Shown here: in pieces, positions 49,160 through 60,831 of the stretch
Layout: each line of letters starts with the position of its first letter
Position numbering within the stretch: position 1 is the first letter of the stretch
Made by a program: the position numbers and the translations under genes
From: Antedon mediterranea
Taxonomy: Eukaryota; Animalia; Echinodermata
Reading direction: 5' to 3'
Assembly: GCF_964355755.1 (NCBI RefSeq)
Contig: NC_092679.1
Coordinates: 10,213,432 to 10,277,431, forward strand
DNA: 64,000 nt
The notes under the pieces: generated by a model
Database searches by the model: none
The model's input: the letters and a program-made list of their open reading frames with translations, nothing else
Told to the model about the DNA's origin: nothing

Positions 49160-50000
49160 GTAGCATAATTATTATGTTTATTTTTATAATATTAAATAAT
49201 TTAAGTGTTTGGAAAAACTATTTGGTATCAAATAAAAGCCCACAAATATTCTATCCATTGCTACATAACTTGTATTAAAAATCTGTAATTATGATGCTAA
49301 TTTTGCTAAAAATGTGCATATTTTATTTTTTATTTTTTTTAATAAGTATATTAAAAAGTGTAAATTTATTTTGGTTTATTTATAATATTTATATTTAATT
49401 GTATTACTTTTATACAAAAAAATAAATATTTGGTAGTATAAATTGTTAGGTTTATTATTAATATGTGTTTGGAAAAACTATTTGGTATCAAATGAAAGCC
49501 CATAAAATATTCTATTCATTGCTACCCATCTTGTAATAAGAATCTGTAAATGATGCTAATTTTGTTAAAAAATTAGAATATATAATGCTATATAAATAGC
49601 AGTTTTTAAAGTCCTCACTCGCTTTGATGTTACGCTAGGCCTAGGCAGCCAAGCACCTAGCAACACGTACCTGCGCTTCGCTCAAATTTACCGCAGTCAT
49701 ATTTTGGACGCGCCTCAATATTTCGTTGCCATGCGAAACAGAATTTTTTATGGCTTACGAAAACGAATACGTGTGCGTGACGTATCCGTTTTCGTTATCG
49801 TATTCGTAAGATTGCGAAACCTCTCTATTATATAATTCTGTTTTCCAAAAAAAAAGACAAAAATGAGTATAAATTAGTGTAAATTTATTTTGGTTTAAAT
49901 AATTCTAGCGTTATATTTGGTATAAAAAATAAAACCCCATACAATATACTATCCATTGGTACCCAACTTGTATTGAAAATCTTTAATTATGACTTTTTTG
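49160..50000. repeat. AT-rich degenerate direct repeats, 3 copies
   Basis: TATTTGGTAT..AAAAGCCCA..AATATTCTATCCATTGCTAC..CTTGTA at ~49220, ~49480 and ~49915. Confidence 0.7.
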
Positions 50001-50352
50001 AAAATATTCTTTTTTTTTTACAACAGTTGAGATATTTTCTCCTAAATTATATGCATACAAATCTGATCCAGGTCCTTGACTATAGGTGTAATTAACTTCA
50101 ACGACGCGATCATTCGATACTATACAGATATTGACTGCTTAGAGGTTAAATATAAGATTAGACATCCCCAAGGGGAATGATATTATGTTCGAGGGAATAT
50201 ATTATCCTTAAAACTATCGTGTGCGGCCCATCAATAAACATCAGTGTGCCAAATGTGAGAACGTACCACGTTCAGTGGTTTTGGAGGAGATACGTAAACA
50301 AAATTTATTAGCATTAATAATTATAGACATGTTTTAGGAGAATCCGTAATCA

Positions 50353-50808
50353 TTAAAATTGTGAATATTGTAAGGTTAATATAAATATAAAGTGTAGATA
50401 ATTAGATTATCAAAGTAGCATACCACTAAGACAGGGTTTTAGAGATATTTTCAAATAAGACCACAATCGTATAAGTGCAGGCATATGGTATTTTAAAAGT
50501 GTTTTTTTTTTAAGAATGTTACCTTCGCTAGAAGTTTCGAGAGTGAAAGAAAATGGTCTAAATGAAATGGAGTGTTTTAATTGTTAAAATCGTGAATATT
50601 GTAAGGTTAATATAAATATAAAGTGTAGATAATTAGATTATCAAAGTAGCATACCATTAAGACAGGGTTTTAGAGATATTTTCAAATAAGACCACAATCG
50701 TATATGTGCAGGCATATGGTATTTTAAAAGTTTTCTTTTTAAAGAATGTTACCTTTGCTAGAAGTTTCGAGAGTGAAAGAAAATGGTCTAAATGAAATGG
50801 AGTGTTTT
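50353..50808. repeat. Recent tandem duplication, ~231 bp x2
   Basis: 50353-50578 and 50584-50808 differ only by a few substitutions. Confidence 0.92.
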
Positions 50809-51127
50809 GTTGTTTATCGTGATCACAATACCATTTAAACTGTAAAATAAATGTATGATATAAATAACTTTTGTTCTTTTGATATTCAAATATTCTATCT
50901 CGAAAAGAGCTTCTTTTCGATGTTTTTAAAACATCAATGGTTTTAAAATAGGCTAAATACCTTTTAAAAACAAAAATAAACTAGAATTTAATCGTCACTT
51001 TAACGAAGGATAAGTGATTTTGTGCTTGCAAATTTAACATTTTAGCTCTTTACATGATGAATCTTGTTTATGAGCTACTGTCAGGGCCAACTTAGAAATT
51101 GAAGTTGCTGTCATAAGTATTTTCGTA

Positions 51128-51733
51128 TTTTCACGCTGCTGCTCTAGCCCGCTACGTCCCATTAGGACTACTCAATCAGAAGCTAAAGCAAGCAGCAGTT
51201 ATAGTTCTAAGGACAGACAGTTTTGTGAAAATGGAAACTCCACTATAATTTATTGATTCCAGCTGCTACAGTAGACCCAAAAAACGTCTGGGAAAGAGTC
51301 TATTAGGACATGTCATGCTAAAATTACAAATCCCTAAGCATTTCTGGTATATTCACTGTCAGATATTCATTGAATTATTATCGAAACAGGCCATTAAAGT
51401 TTGTGTTTGTAATAGGATACTTCACAATTGAAATATCTAGGGTGATGAAGTGACCCCCAGATTTGACCTTAGCAATAAAATTAACTAAAGTGACAGAAAT
51501 TGAGTATTCACTTCTGTAACAAAAAAATAATATTTATTCACATATAAAAAAAGAAAAGAAACCCAAAAACCATTGTCTGACAGACAATTTAAGTATTTGT
51601 TGCTTTAAATTACATTTTTTTCAGGTAAAATAACTATTATGTGACAATAAAATGACACATTCAAAAACATTTGAAATAAAAAATATTTTTCAATAAGCGA
51701 GCAGCGTTTTTTGTAAGAAATATTTCTTGTTTA
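51128..51733. repeat. Inverted copy of dispersed repeat 31897-32423
   Basis: Direct sequence comparison. Confidence 0.85.
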
Positions 51734-52316
51734 AAGTGGAATTAGACGTCCCTTCATGCGCTTAATAGTAGATGTTTGGTTACTGTCTGGGGAAGTATAC
51801 ATACTAAATAAGACTTGATTTAATAGATATTATAGATGTCACATTAAATAGAATTATGATAATATATTTTGCAATTGTAAACTATTTTATAATACATATT
51901 TATTAACAAACTAGTGTACATTCACTTTTACAGACAATTATTTACTAACATGCTAAATTAGTTCACAAAAAAGGCCTTGGCTCACATGTATTTTTTATAT
52001 CTCAATGGTATTTTCGTATATCCCAAGGGTAATAATTACAATGCAAAAAAAATAGCCGTGTGGTTGGTTAAATCCTGTAGTGATGGGGAATTTATAGGCT
52101 ACGGTCTTCTTGGGAAACGTACAGAATAAAGTTGCCGTCAATGGTATTTTCGTATATCCCCTGCAATGGAAAGTTAAACAATATGACGTGTGGCTCTTCG
52201 AGTTATTTAATCTTAGGGGTCGGAATCGGAAATTGTTGGCCTACAATCTGGGGCAACTTACAGCATAAAGTTGCTGTCAATGGTATTTTTGTGCATCCCA
52301 ATGTGTGGTTTTGACA

Positions 52317-52885
52317 GGGTCATTCCGGCCTATCTTATCAATAACTCATCCAACAACAAATGACATAAACCCTGCGGAATTGTTCGTACGGTAACGTTTG
52401 TCTATTTTGGCTCTAATGGCCGCCCATAGCTGGGCAGACACGTTTCGCGCTCGCGACCAATCCGAAATAGTGGGTATAGATTTGTAAACAAACCGAACAC
52501 CTCTCGCCTAGTGCGTGTTGAAGCATAGCGAAATGGCGACTGCCGAGTGCTTTTGTTGCAAGGTGCATCCTAAATGTTGCATGTTGGATAAATCGTGAAT
52601 TTAACTACACAAAATCACTGAATAATATTCCTGTTTTTAATTTTCAAACACTTGCTGAGTGGTTTGCGTCGGCTCCGAAGGATAGTGGCGCAAAATCTTG
52701 GAAATTTTTCAAGGAAAGGTACGTCCACGATGTGCTCGTGTCTCTCCGCCCGCCCGGTGGCGTTGCCTGATGCGGTACTTCGTCTACTCTAGGCCTAGGA
52801 GGCTTGGGTGTCTGTTTAAGCGCCGAAGAACATCACATAATACATGGAAGATGCAATAGGAGCATGAAGAAGAATGAAAGATAAT
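52317..52885 (+). mobile_element. 5' fragment of an ISL2EU/Kolobok-type transposon accessory (SWIM/YqaJ-associated) gene
   Basis: GGGTCATTCC terminus-like start. GAKSWKFFKERYVHDVLV (~52687-52740) and HIIHGRCNRSMKKNE (~52834-52880) resemble N-termini of those nuclease ORFs. Confidence 0.4.
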
Positions 52886-53684
52886 AATTAATCAGAGTTC
52901 GTACGCGTCCTTAAATTCCTTGAAAGTCATGGAAAAATAAATCACTTTTTTCAAGTACTGGAAAGTCATGGAAATTGGCATTTTTGTCCTTGAATGTCCT
53001 GAAAATTGTTAAAATACAATAAAGTTATATGAATTCTTTTTAATAAAGTTTTGAAAACACTGAACAATAAAAGTATTAAGTATGAAAGTACATGGAAGAT
53101 AGCAACGTTGTACGTGCCGACCGTTCCCGCCGCCGATAAATACTCATACATGAAATAGGCTTTCTTATCAGGGTTGGTTGTTGGAAAGAACAATTCCATT
53201 TGACGTACACCGCACCACTCAAGAAAATTACCATGTGTGAGTGTTCATGCGAGCCGAACGATTGTTGTGGACATTCCATTTGCGTTCACGCACCTCCTTG
53301 TAAGAAATTACCACGTGTGTGTGTGTATGTGTTTTTATTTATTTATTTATTTGGAATTACACCTTTAGATCGGTGGCACACTTAGCACAAAGGTGCATCC
53401 TTCACAATATAAAATATAACAATTAACAGAAAAGTAAAAAAAGGCAAAAGCAACTATCAACCCCTATCCTACCACCTCCCCCCCCCCCCCCTAATTTACA
53501 TCGATACATACAGTAGATCATCACTTTACACAATGAATACAAAACAAGATATAGTAAAAGTGTATAAAATAAAATAAAATCAACTGATAAACACAGCTTA
53601 TTACGAAAAACCCCCAACCCTCCCCCCTCCCCACTTTTTTTTCAATTTACTTAATGTAGCAATGTAGATAACATGTGTATGACT

Positions 53685-55270
53685 GGTTCTAGGACACCTA
53701 CCCCCTAGACAGTTACCCCCCGGATGTTTACCACCCGGACAACTACCCCCCGGACAACTACCCCCTTAGGACAACTACCCCCTTAGGATAACAACCCCCA
53801 GGACAACCACTCCCTTAGGACAACCACCCCTTAGGATAACTACTCCCCGGTCAACTACCCCCCGGTCAACTACCCCCCGGTCAACTATCCCTCCCCCCCC
53901 CCCCATCCAAAATCCAAAAGTAGACATAAAAATGAAATCATCTGTTTTTAACGGGTGTTTCGAAACTAGAGACCAGAGACCTGACACGAGACCCAATATG
54001 AAAAGGGAGACCTATATTTGGGTCTCCCTTTTCGTATATTAGGGTCTCCCTTTTCGTATAGTGTGGTCTCTCTTTTCGTATAGTGGGGTCTCCCTTTTCT
54101 TATAGTGGGGTCTCCCTTTTCTTATAGTGGGTCTCCTTTTTCGTATATTTGGGTCTCCCATTTTGTATATTTGGGTCTCCCTTTTCGTATAATTGGGTCT
54201 CCCTTTTCGTATATTTAGGTCTCCCTTTCGTATATTAGGGTCTCCCTTTTCGTCGTATAGTGGGGTCTCCCTTTTCGTATAGTTGGGTCTCCCTTTTCGT
54301 ACGTGGGTCTCCTTTTCGTATTGGGTCTCTGGTCTCGGGTCTCTAGTTTGAAACACCCGTTTTTAACCGATTATTCTGTTTAACAGCACGCTAGACCCTA
54401 GATGTGCTAGATTTAAAGTACCGTATTTATTGAAAAAACGGCCTGGGCTGTTTATTGTTTAGATGGTTTTTAGGTGGATATCTATTGGAAGAAAGTTGTT
54501 TATTCAATGGGAGGGGGTATAATCTAATGGAAATAGACGCCGATTATTCCATATGATGTTTCATGGGAGTGACATGGTCACCGTTTATATTTGAGGGGAA
54601 TTTATTTAAAGATCGCCGTTTATTCGGTGAGTGAACATTGAGGTCAAATATCAAAAGTGATATTATTCTTCAAGTGTACAAAAATACATATATGACAAAT
54701 TTGAGACAAAAATTAATTCTTTTAAGACCAGTGGTTATCGAAGCATTGTCCTGACGCAAAAATTATTATTATTATTAGCGAACCCAGTCTTTACAGTAAA
54801 TACAGGGAGTACTATATAATACGTTCGACTATCCTATGATCATGTGTGACAATCTTCAGTTTATATCAGGCTTATACACTGTTGCAGAGTCAGGTTGTTG
54901 AATGGTCTGGGTGGTAGTTGTCCGTCCGGGGGGTAGTTGTTCTAAAAGGATAGTTTTCTGGGTGGTAGTTGTCCAGGGGTTAGTTGTCCTACGGAGGTAG
55001 TTGTCCTAAAAGATTATTTGCCCTCGGAGTATTGTCCAGGTAGGAGGTAGTTGTCCTACGGGGAGTATTGTGTCAGAGGTAGTTGTCCGCGGGGTAATTA
55101 CCCGGGGGGGGGGTAATTCTCCGGGGGTAATTGTCAGGGGGTAATTGTTCCTAGGGGGTAATAGTCCGGGGGGTAGTTGTCCAGGGGTTAGTTGTCCTAC
55201 GGAGGTAGTTGTCCTAAAAGATTATTTTCCCTCGGAGTATTGTCCAGGAAGTAGTTGTCCTACGGGGAGT
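53685..55270. mobile_element. Fold-back MULE-like element with arms of ~14-16-bp GGACAACTACCCC repeats
   Basis: ACAACTACCCCC array at 53690-53890 and inverted GGGGTAGTTGTCC array at 54910-55270. Right terminus not resolved. Confidence 0.5.
53953..54358. mobile_element. MULE-type MITE with internal ~20-bp tandem repeats
   Basis: TIR GGGTGTTTC(G)AAACTAGAGACC. 9-bp TSD GTTTTTAAC at 53944-53952 and 54359-54367. GGGTCTCCCTTTTCGTATA array inside. Confidence 0.85.
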
Positions 55271-55297
55271 ATTAAAAAATCGAAGATTCCAAAGGTT

Positions 55298-55532
55298 TCA
55301 CTTCCGCCGTGGTAACTCACTTCCGCCGTGGCATTCTGTAATTTGCCGTGGTGTTTCACTATTAATTTGCCGTGGTGCTTCAATACTAATTTGCCGTGGT
55401 GTTTCATTTTTAAGTTGCCCTGGTATTTTTGTTAAATTGCCGCGATGTTTTATTTTTAATTTGCCGTGATGTTTTATTTTTAATTTGCCGTGGTTTTTTT
55501 CAAATTGCCGTGGCTTTTTTCAAATTGCCGTG
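55298..55532. repeat. ~20-25-bp ATTTGCCGTGG tandem array (probably subterminal repeats of a DNA transposon)
   Basis: About 11 GCCGTGG-like cores; cut by the Gypsy LTR at 55533. Confidence 0.7.
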
Positions 55533-58500
55533 TGTAGTGAATTTATTTGTTGGTTCCGAGCTTTCTCAGGCGTATATATATAACTCCACGCGACGTACAC
55601 TGTAACTGAATGATAACTCATACAAAAAGTATATTTAACTCAACTAGAACTTTTATTCCTTGTAATTCGATTAATACATCTTTCTACCACTACCAGTCAA
55701 GCCTTAATATTTTCTTTATCATCTTTCCGTTTATCTAATCTGATCTTATTCTCTCTTCTCCCTAATATCTATTACATTCCACTTTTATACTGGACATGCA
55801 AATTTTAGGCTTCAGAGGAGGATAACATTTTCCCTCCAAAAATTATACGATTTTGATTGGCTAATAATATAAGGCGGACCTGGTCTAAAGCATCCTTCTC
55901 TAAACACAGAGAATCACAACATAAATAATATGACATTCCCCTTTTTGGGAAAAAGATTGTGTCAATCTTTCCAAAAATTTAACATTTAAAACCATTTTAC
56001 TATAAACTATCTACAAATACCACCTCTATAATATTATTATGCACGGCTTAATCCATCTGCATTTCCATTTAATGATCCTTTCTTGTAAATAACTTTAAAT
56101 TTATATCCTTGTAAAAACAGAGCCCATCTCATAAGTCTAACATTGGCACCCTTCATTGAGTCCATCCATCTCAATGCCTGGTGGTCAGTATGAACTTGAA
56201 ATTCACAACCATACAGATAATACTTAAGTTTATTGATAGCCCAAACAATAGAGAGGCACTCTTTTTCTGGCACAGAATATCTCTGCTCATGTACAGATAA
56301 CTTTCTACTTAAGTACACAATGGGATAATCATTACCCTCACCATCTATTTGGCTCAGCACTGCACCTATGCCATAATTTGAGGCATCGGTTTGCAATATA
56401 TACATCTTATCAAAATTTGGGGCTTTTAATACATTATCATCAGTAAGTCGTTTCTTTAAAGTTACAAAGGCATTTTCACATTGTTCATTCCACTTAACGG
56501 TATACTTTTACTCTTTAAAGTTAAATCAATCAATGGCTTAGCAATATCGGCATAGTTCTGTACAAATTTTCTGTAATAGCCCGTTAATCCGAGAAATGAT
56601 CGGACTTGTTTCTTAGACAAAGGTCTGGGGAACTTTTCCACAGCCTCGACCTTATCAATCATGGGTCTAATTTCTCCATTACCAATCTTATGCCCCAGAA
56701 ATTCTACCTGTGCATAGGCAATTTTACATTTCAAAGGCTTTGCTGTCAATCCAGCACTACTTAATCTTTCTAATACATCATTCAAATGAAAAATATGATC
56801 TTTCCAAGTTTGACTATAAATACATATGTCATCTATATATGCCTTAGCATATCCCTCAGTACCTTGTAATACCTTATCTATTAATCTTTGTAAAGTACTA
56901 GAGCTATTTTGCATACCAAATGGAAGTACATTGTAACAATACTGTCCAAATTGTGTAATAAATGCTGATTTGTCTTTGGTCTTAGGATCCAGAGGCACCT
57001 GGTAAAATCCTTTAGTTAGATCTAACGTAGTTATGTATATTGCGGATGATACCTCATCCAACATTTCGTCTATGCGAGGCATAACATAAGGGTCAAATTG
57101 TGTAGTCTTATTTAGTGATCTAAAATCTGTCACCATTCTAATTTGATTCTGGCCTTTCTTCAGGGCAATAATAGGTGCAGCATAGGCACTCACTGTAGGT
57201 TCTATTATACCCATAGCCAACATACTATCTAATTCTTCTTTCAATTTACCCTTTAATGCTTGGGGCGTTCTATATGCCCTATGCCTTATAGGCATTTCAC
57301 CATTAGTCTTAATTTCATGTGTCACTAAGTGAGTTCTACCTGGTACATCCGAGAATACATTCTGTTGGTACTTTAACAATTCTGTTAATTGTTTAGTTTG
57401 TGTATCATTTAAATTACTACTAACGTTAACATCTATCCATGTTTGTGATTGATGATAAGACAATCCTATGTCTATTTCACTATCTAACTCATTGTCATGG
57501 ACTGTTTCATTTAAGTCTACTTCTTCTATCGACTGAACATTTGTTACTACATAATAACCATCTTTACTTATTTCTACTTTATCATACCATCTCTTTAACA
57601 TATTAACATGTAGAATTTGTTTTTCTTTTCTTCTACCTCCTATGTATATTTCATAATTTACATCATTGACCTTTTTTGTAACAGTGAAGGGGCCTTGCCA
57701 TTTACTGTCTAACTTACTATTTCCTACTGGAAGGAATATCAACACTTTGTCCCCTTCTACAAATTCTCTATCAATAGCATTCTTGTTATAATTGTGGGAC
57801 ATAATTTCTTGTTGTTCAAGTTTGTTTACATTAGCATCTTTCATTAATTCCTCCATTTTTTCTCTTATGTCTAACATGTATTTGATAACATCAGTAGATG
57901 TTTCTTCATCTTCTACCCAATTACTTTTGAGTAAACTCAAGGGTCCCCTCACCTCTCTACCATAAAGCAATTTAAAAGGTGAATGGCCCGTCGCTTTACT
58001 AGGAACTTCTCTGTATGCAAACAGAAAGGGGGGTATGTAGTTATCCCAATTTTTTCTTTGCTTAACTGTAAGTGTCCTTATCATATTTTTCAATGTACCG
58101 TAAAATCTTTCAACAAGCCCATTGCTTTGGGGGTGGTACACTGTAGTCTTTAATTGATTAATCCCCAACATACTACATATAGATTGCATAATTGAAGACA
58201 TGAAATTAGTTCCTTGATCATGTACAATCTCTTCGGGTAATCCTACTCTAGTAAAGACTTATATTAGAGCCCTGGCTACTGTTTCAGCTCTAACATTGGG
58301 TAACGGGATAGCATCCGGATATCTCGTAGCATAGTCAATTATAGTAAGCATATATTTGTTATTACGGCTTGTTCTAGATAAGGGTCCAACAATGTCTATC
58401 GCTATACGTTTAAATGGTGTACTTATAATCGGTAATGGTATCAAAGTATGTTTCCTTTTACTTTTACCCTTATCTACTTTTTGGCATTCCTTACAGACTT

Positions 58501-60760
58501 TACAATAGACTACCACATCTTTAAATATACCTGGCCAATAGAATTGGTTCAGGATCCTACTTTTAGTTTTCTCAACACCCATGTGACCTGCAAATGGCAC
58601 ATTATGACCTAAGTGTAATACACCCTGTCTACACTGAGTGGGTAATACAATCTGTTCCACTTGGTTATTCTTATCTTTAATACTACTCCAATTTCTCATC
58701 AATATACCTTGTCTCATAAAGAAACATACCCTATGCTAACCTATTTCTTCTACCCTGTCAAACACTCCTTTGAGTGAGTCATCCTTAGTTTGCAATTTGA
58801 TCAGTTCTTGTTTAGTTAGGTTCAGCTTGTGCTGTTGTTCATAAGTTTTACGTTTGACTGTTTTATCTTTAGCTTTATCCTCATTTTCGTCAAACAAATT
58901 ATTCATTTCTGTTCCATTCATCTCATCTAACCACTTAGTTTTATTTACTTTGTTGTCATTTACTACTGTTTTCAACAATTGTACATTAGTTTCTTTAGGC
59001 GGCTCTTCTATCGGCTTAAAGTTACTATCTTTCCCTAACAATATCATTTCGTCTTGTATTCTAACATCATTTTCTATTCTGGCTTGCTCCCTAGTTAGGA
59101 CGAACATTTCTTTAGCCATTGTTTCCCCACAATTCTGGTCCAAATCATGACCCAATAACATGTCCCTCTGCAATCCTTTGATTACGGCTACAATCACTTT
59201 TCCTGTCACTATCTTACTTTCTATAGCTACCTCAGCTAAGGGGACGGTAATATCGCCTCCTATACCTCTTAACGTAACCCATTTTCCTGGCAAGTAACAT
59301 TTGTTAGGCACTAGACTTTCCTTAACAGCTGACTGGGTACATCCCGAGTCTCTAAGCATAGTTATATCCTGTCCTTCTAATTTTCCTGGTATTGTACACT
59401 TCTCCATTTTATTTTCTACACTATCCATAACTACTTGGGGTCTATCTGATTTTAGTCCTTCACATCTTAAGCCATCTTTCACATTCGGGCCCTTCTTAGT
59501 GTCACTAGTCTTTCCTTTTGCTACCATCTTAGGACAATCCCCTATTTTATGTCCCTTCTCCTTACAATTAAAGCATAGGCCATTAATCCATTCATTTGAA
59601 GGTTTTTCTCTGTTGGAAATTTCTACCATAGTTATGGAATTTGCCTCCCCTTCCGCGATACCTATTGTATCCTTGCTGCCTAGCTCCAGGGTTATTCTGA
59701 GTCGTACTATTCTTAGGTTTACTATTTTCTTGGCCCTTATAATACGTAGGCTTATTTTCAGAATTTACGGCATTCCAATAGCCACGGCCACCTCTATTAG
59801 CTATATAATCATCGGCTATCATAGCCATATCATAGCTCTTATTTACTTGTTTATCTCTAAGATAAGGCCTCAGATCTTCAGGCATTTTATCAAGTGCCTG
59901 TTCCATTATAATCATTTCAATAATGCCTGCAGCATCATCTTCTTTTACTTTAGCACATTTCATCCAACATTTTAAATAATGGGAGAGCTCATTCAGCCAT
60001 TCCCTGATGGACATATCTTTAACTCTGTTTGAATTTCTAAATTTAAATCTGTAGGTCTCTGCGGACACATCATACTTTTCTAAGATTGCCTTCTTTAAGG
60101 TATCATAATCTACACATTCTTTTACGGTTAAGGATGCATATGCTGTCCTAGCTTTACCAGACAGTTCAGGTGCTATAACCTAGCGGACCACGTATTCTTA
60201 TCCCAACCTGTGGCTTCTGCCACGTGTTCAAATGTTCTAAAATATATATCAATATCATCTGATTCCTTCAAAGTAGGAACCTTTACCTTCATTTCATCTA
60301 CTATATTCCTAGCATTACTGTAGCTAGACCTATTTTCTAATTCCATCATTTTCACTCTTTCTTGTGATTCAATTTTTCTTTGCTCTATATCTATTTTCTT
60401 TTGCTCTATATCTGCTTTTAATTGGTCTTGTTGGTATTGTAATTCTAACTTTTTGTTTTCGGCCTCGAACTTCATTCGAAAATATTCGAGCATCATATCT
60501 TTAGGCATACCGCCGGGTATTTCGGGCAAATCAATATCCCTAGCCATTTTATCATATATTTCATTGACTTGGTCAACCTCTTCTTGGTCAACCATATGTT
60601 CAATACCGCTAGTGACTGTCGCGCCGTGACTACCCTCGACAGGAGGAAGTCTGGCGCGGTTTCACAAAGGCTTTTACATGTTACGTGTCATGTTACTCGT
60701 TTTTCCACGCCTATGTTTTCAGTACTGTATGTTTTTTTAGTGGCTTACAGTACTTGAATT
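55533..60760 (-). mobile_element. Gmr1-like Gypsy LTR retrotransposon; 3' LTR 55935-55533, 5' LTR missing
   Basis: PPT AAAAAGGGGGAA is followed by TGTCATATT (55935), and the LTR ends CACTACA. Domain order is gag-PR-INT-RT-RH. Confidence 0.9.
56037..60595 (-). pseudogene. Gmr1-type gag-pol with several frameshifts
   Basis: SCAN-like ETYRFKFR..WL.EL..W..MEQAL..MPEDLR; CFNCKEKGHKIGDC; LRDSGCTQS (PR); GHMGVEKT..CKEC, IAIDIVGPL, YHPQSNGLVER (INT); LDLTKGFYQ, LPFGM, YIDD (RT); QTDASNYG, EKECL, TDH, NADGLSR (RH). Confidence 0.93.
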
Positions 60761-60831
60761 TATGAAAAACATCGTAACTACAAAATTCTTCAATCTTAAA
60801 CATTTTTTTTTTATTAATCTGTTGAACTTAA

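Noticed and set aside
31897-51733. 31897-32423 and 51128-51733 as TIRs of a ~20-kb giant element
   Set aside because: No terminal motif or TSD was found at the outer edges, one copy has an internal indel, and the interior is unrelated TEs. Two dispersed copies is the simpler reading.
53775-54356. ORFs with VVDRG and RKGRP/KRETP repeats
   Set aside because: They are translations of MITE tandem repeats.
59301-59975. 224-aa plus-strand ORF, and similar shadow ORFs opposite BEL, CR1 and Academ
   Set aside because: Antisense shadows of retroelement coding sequence.
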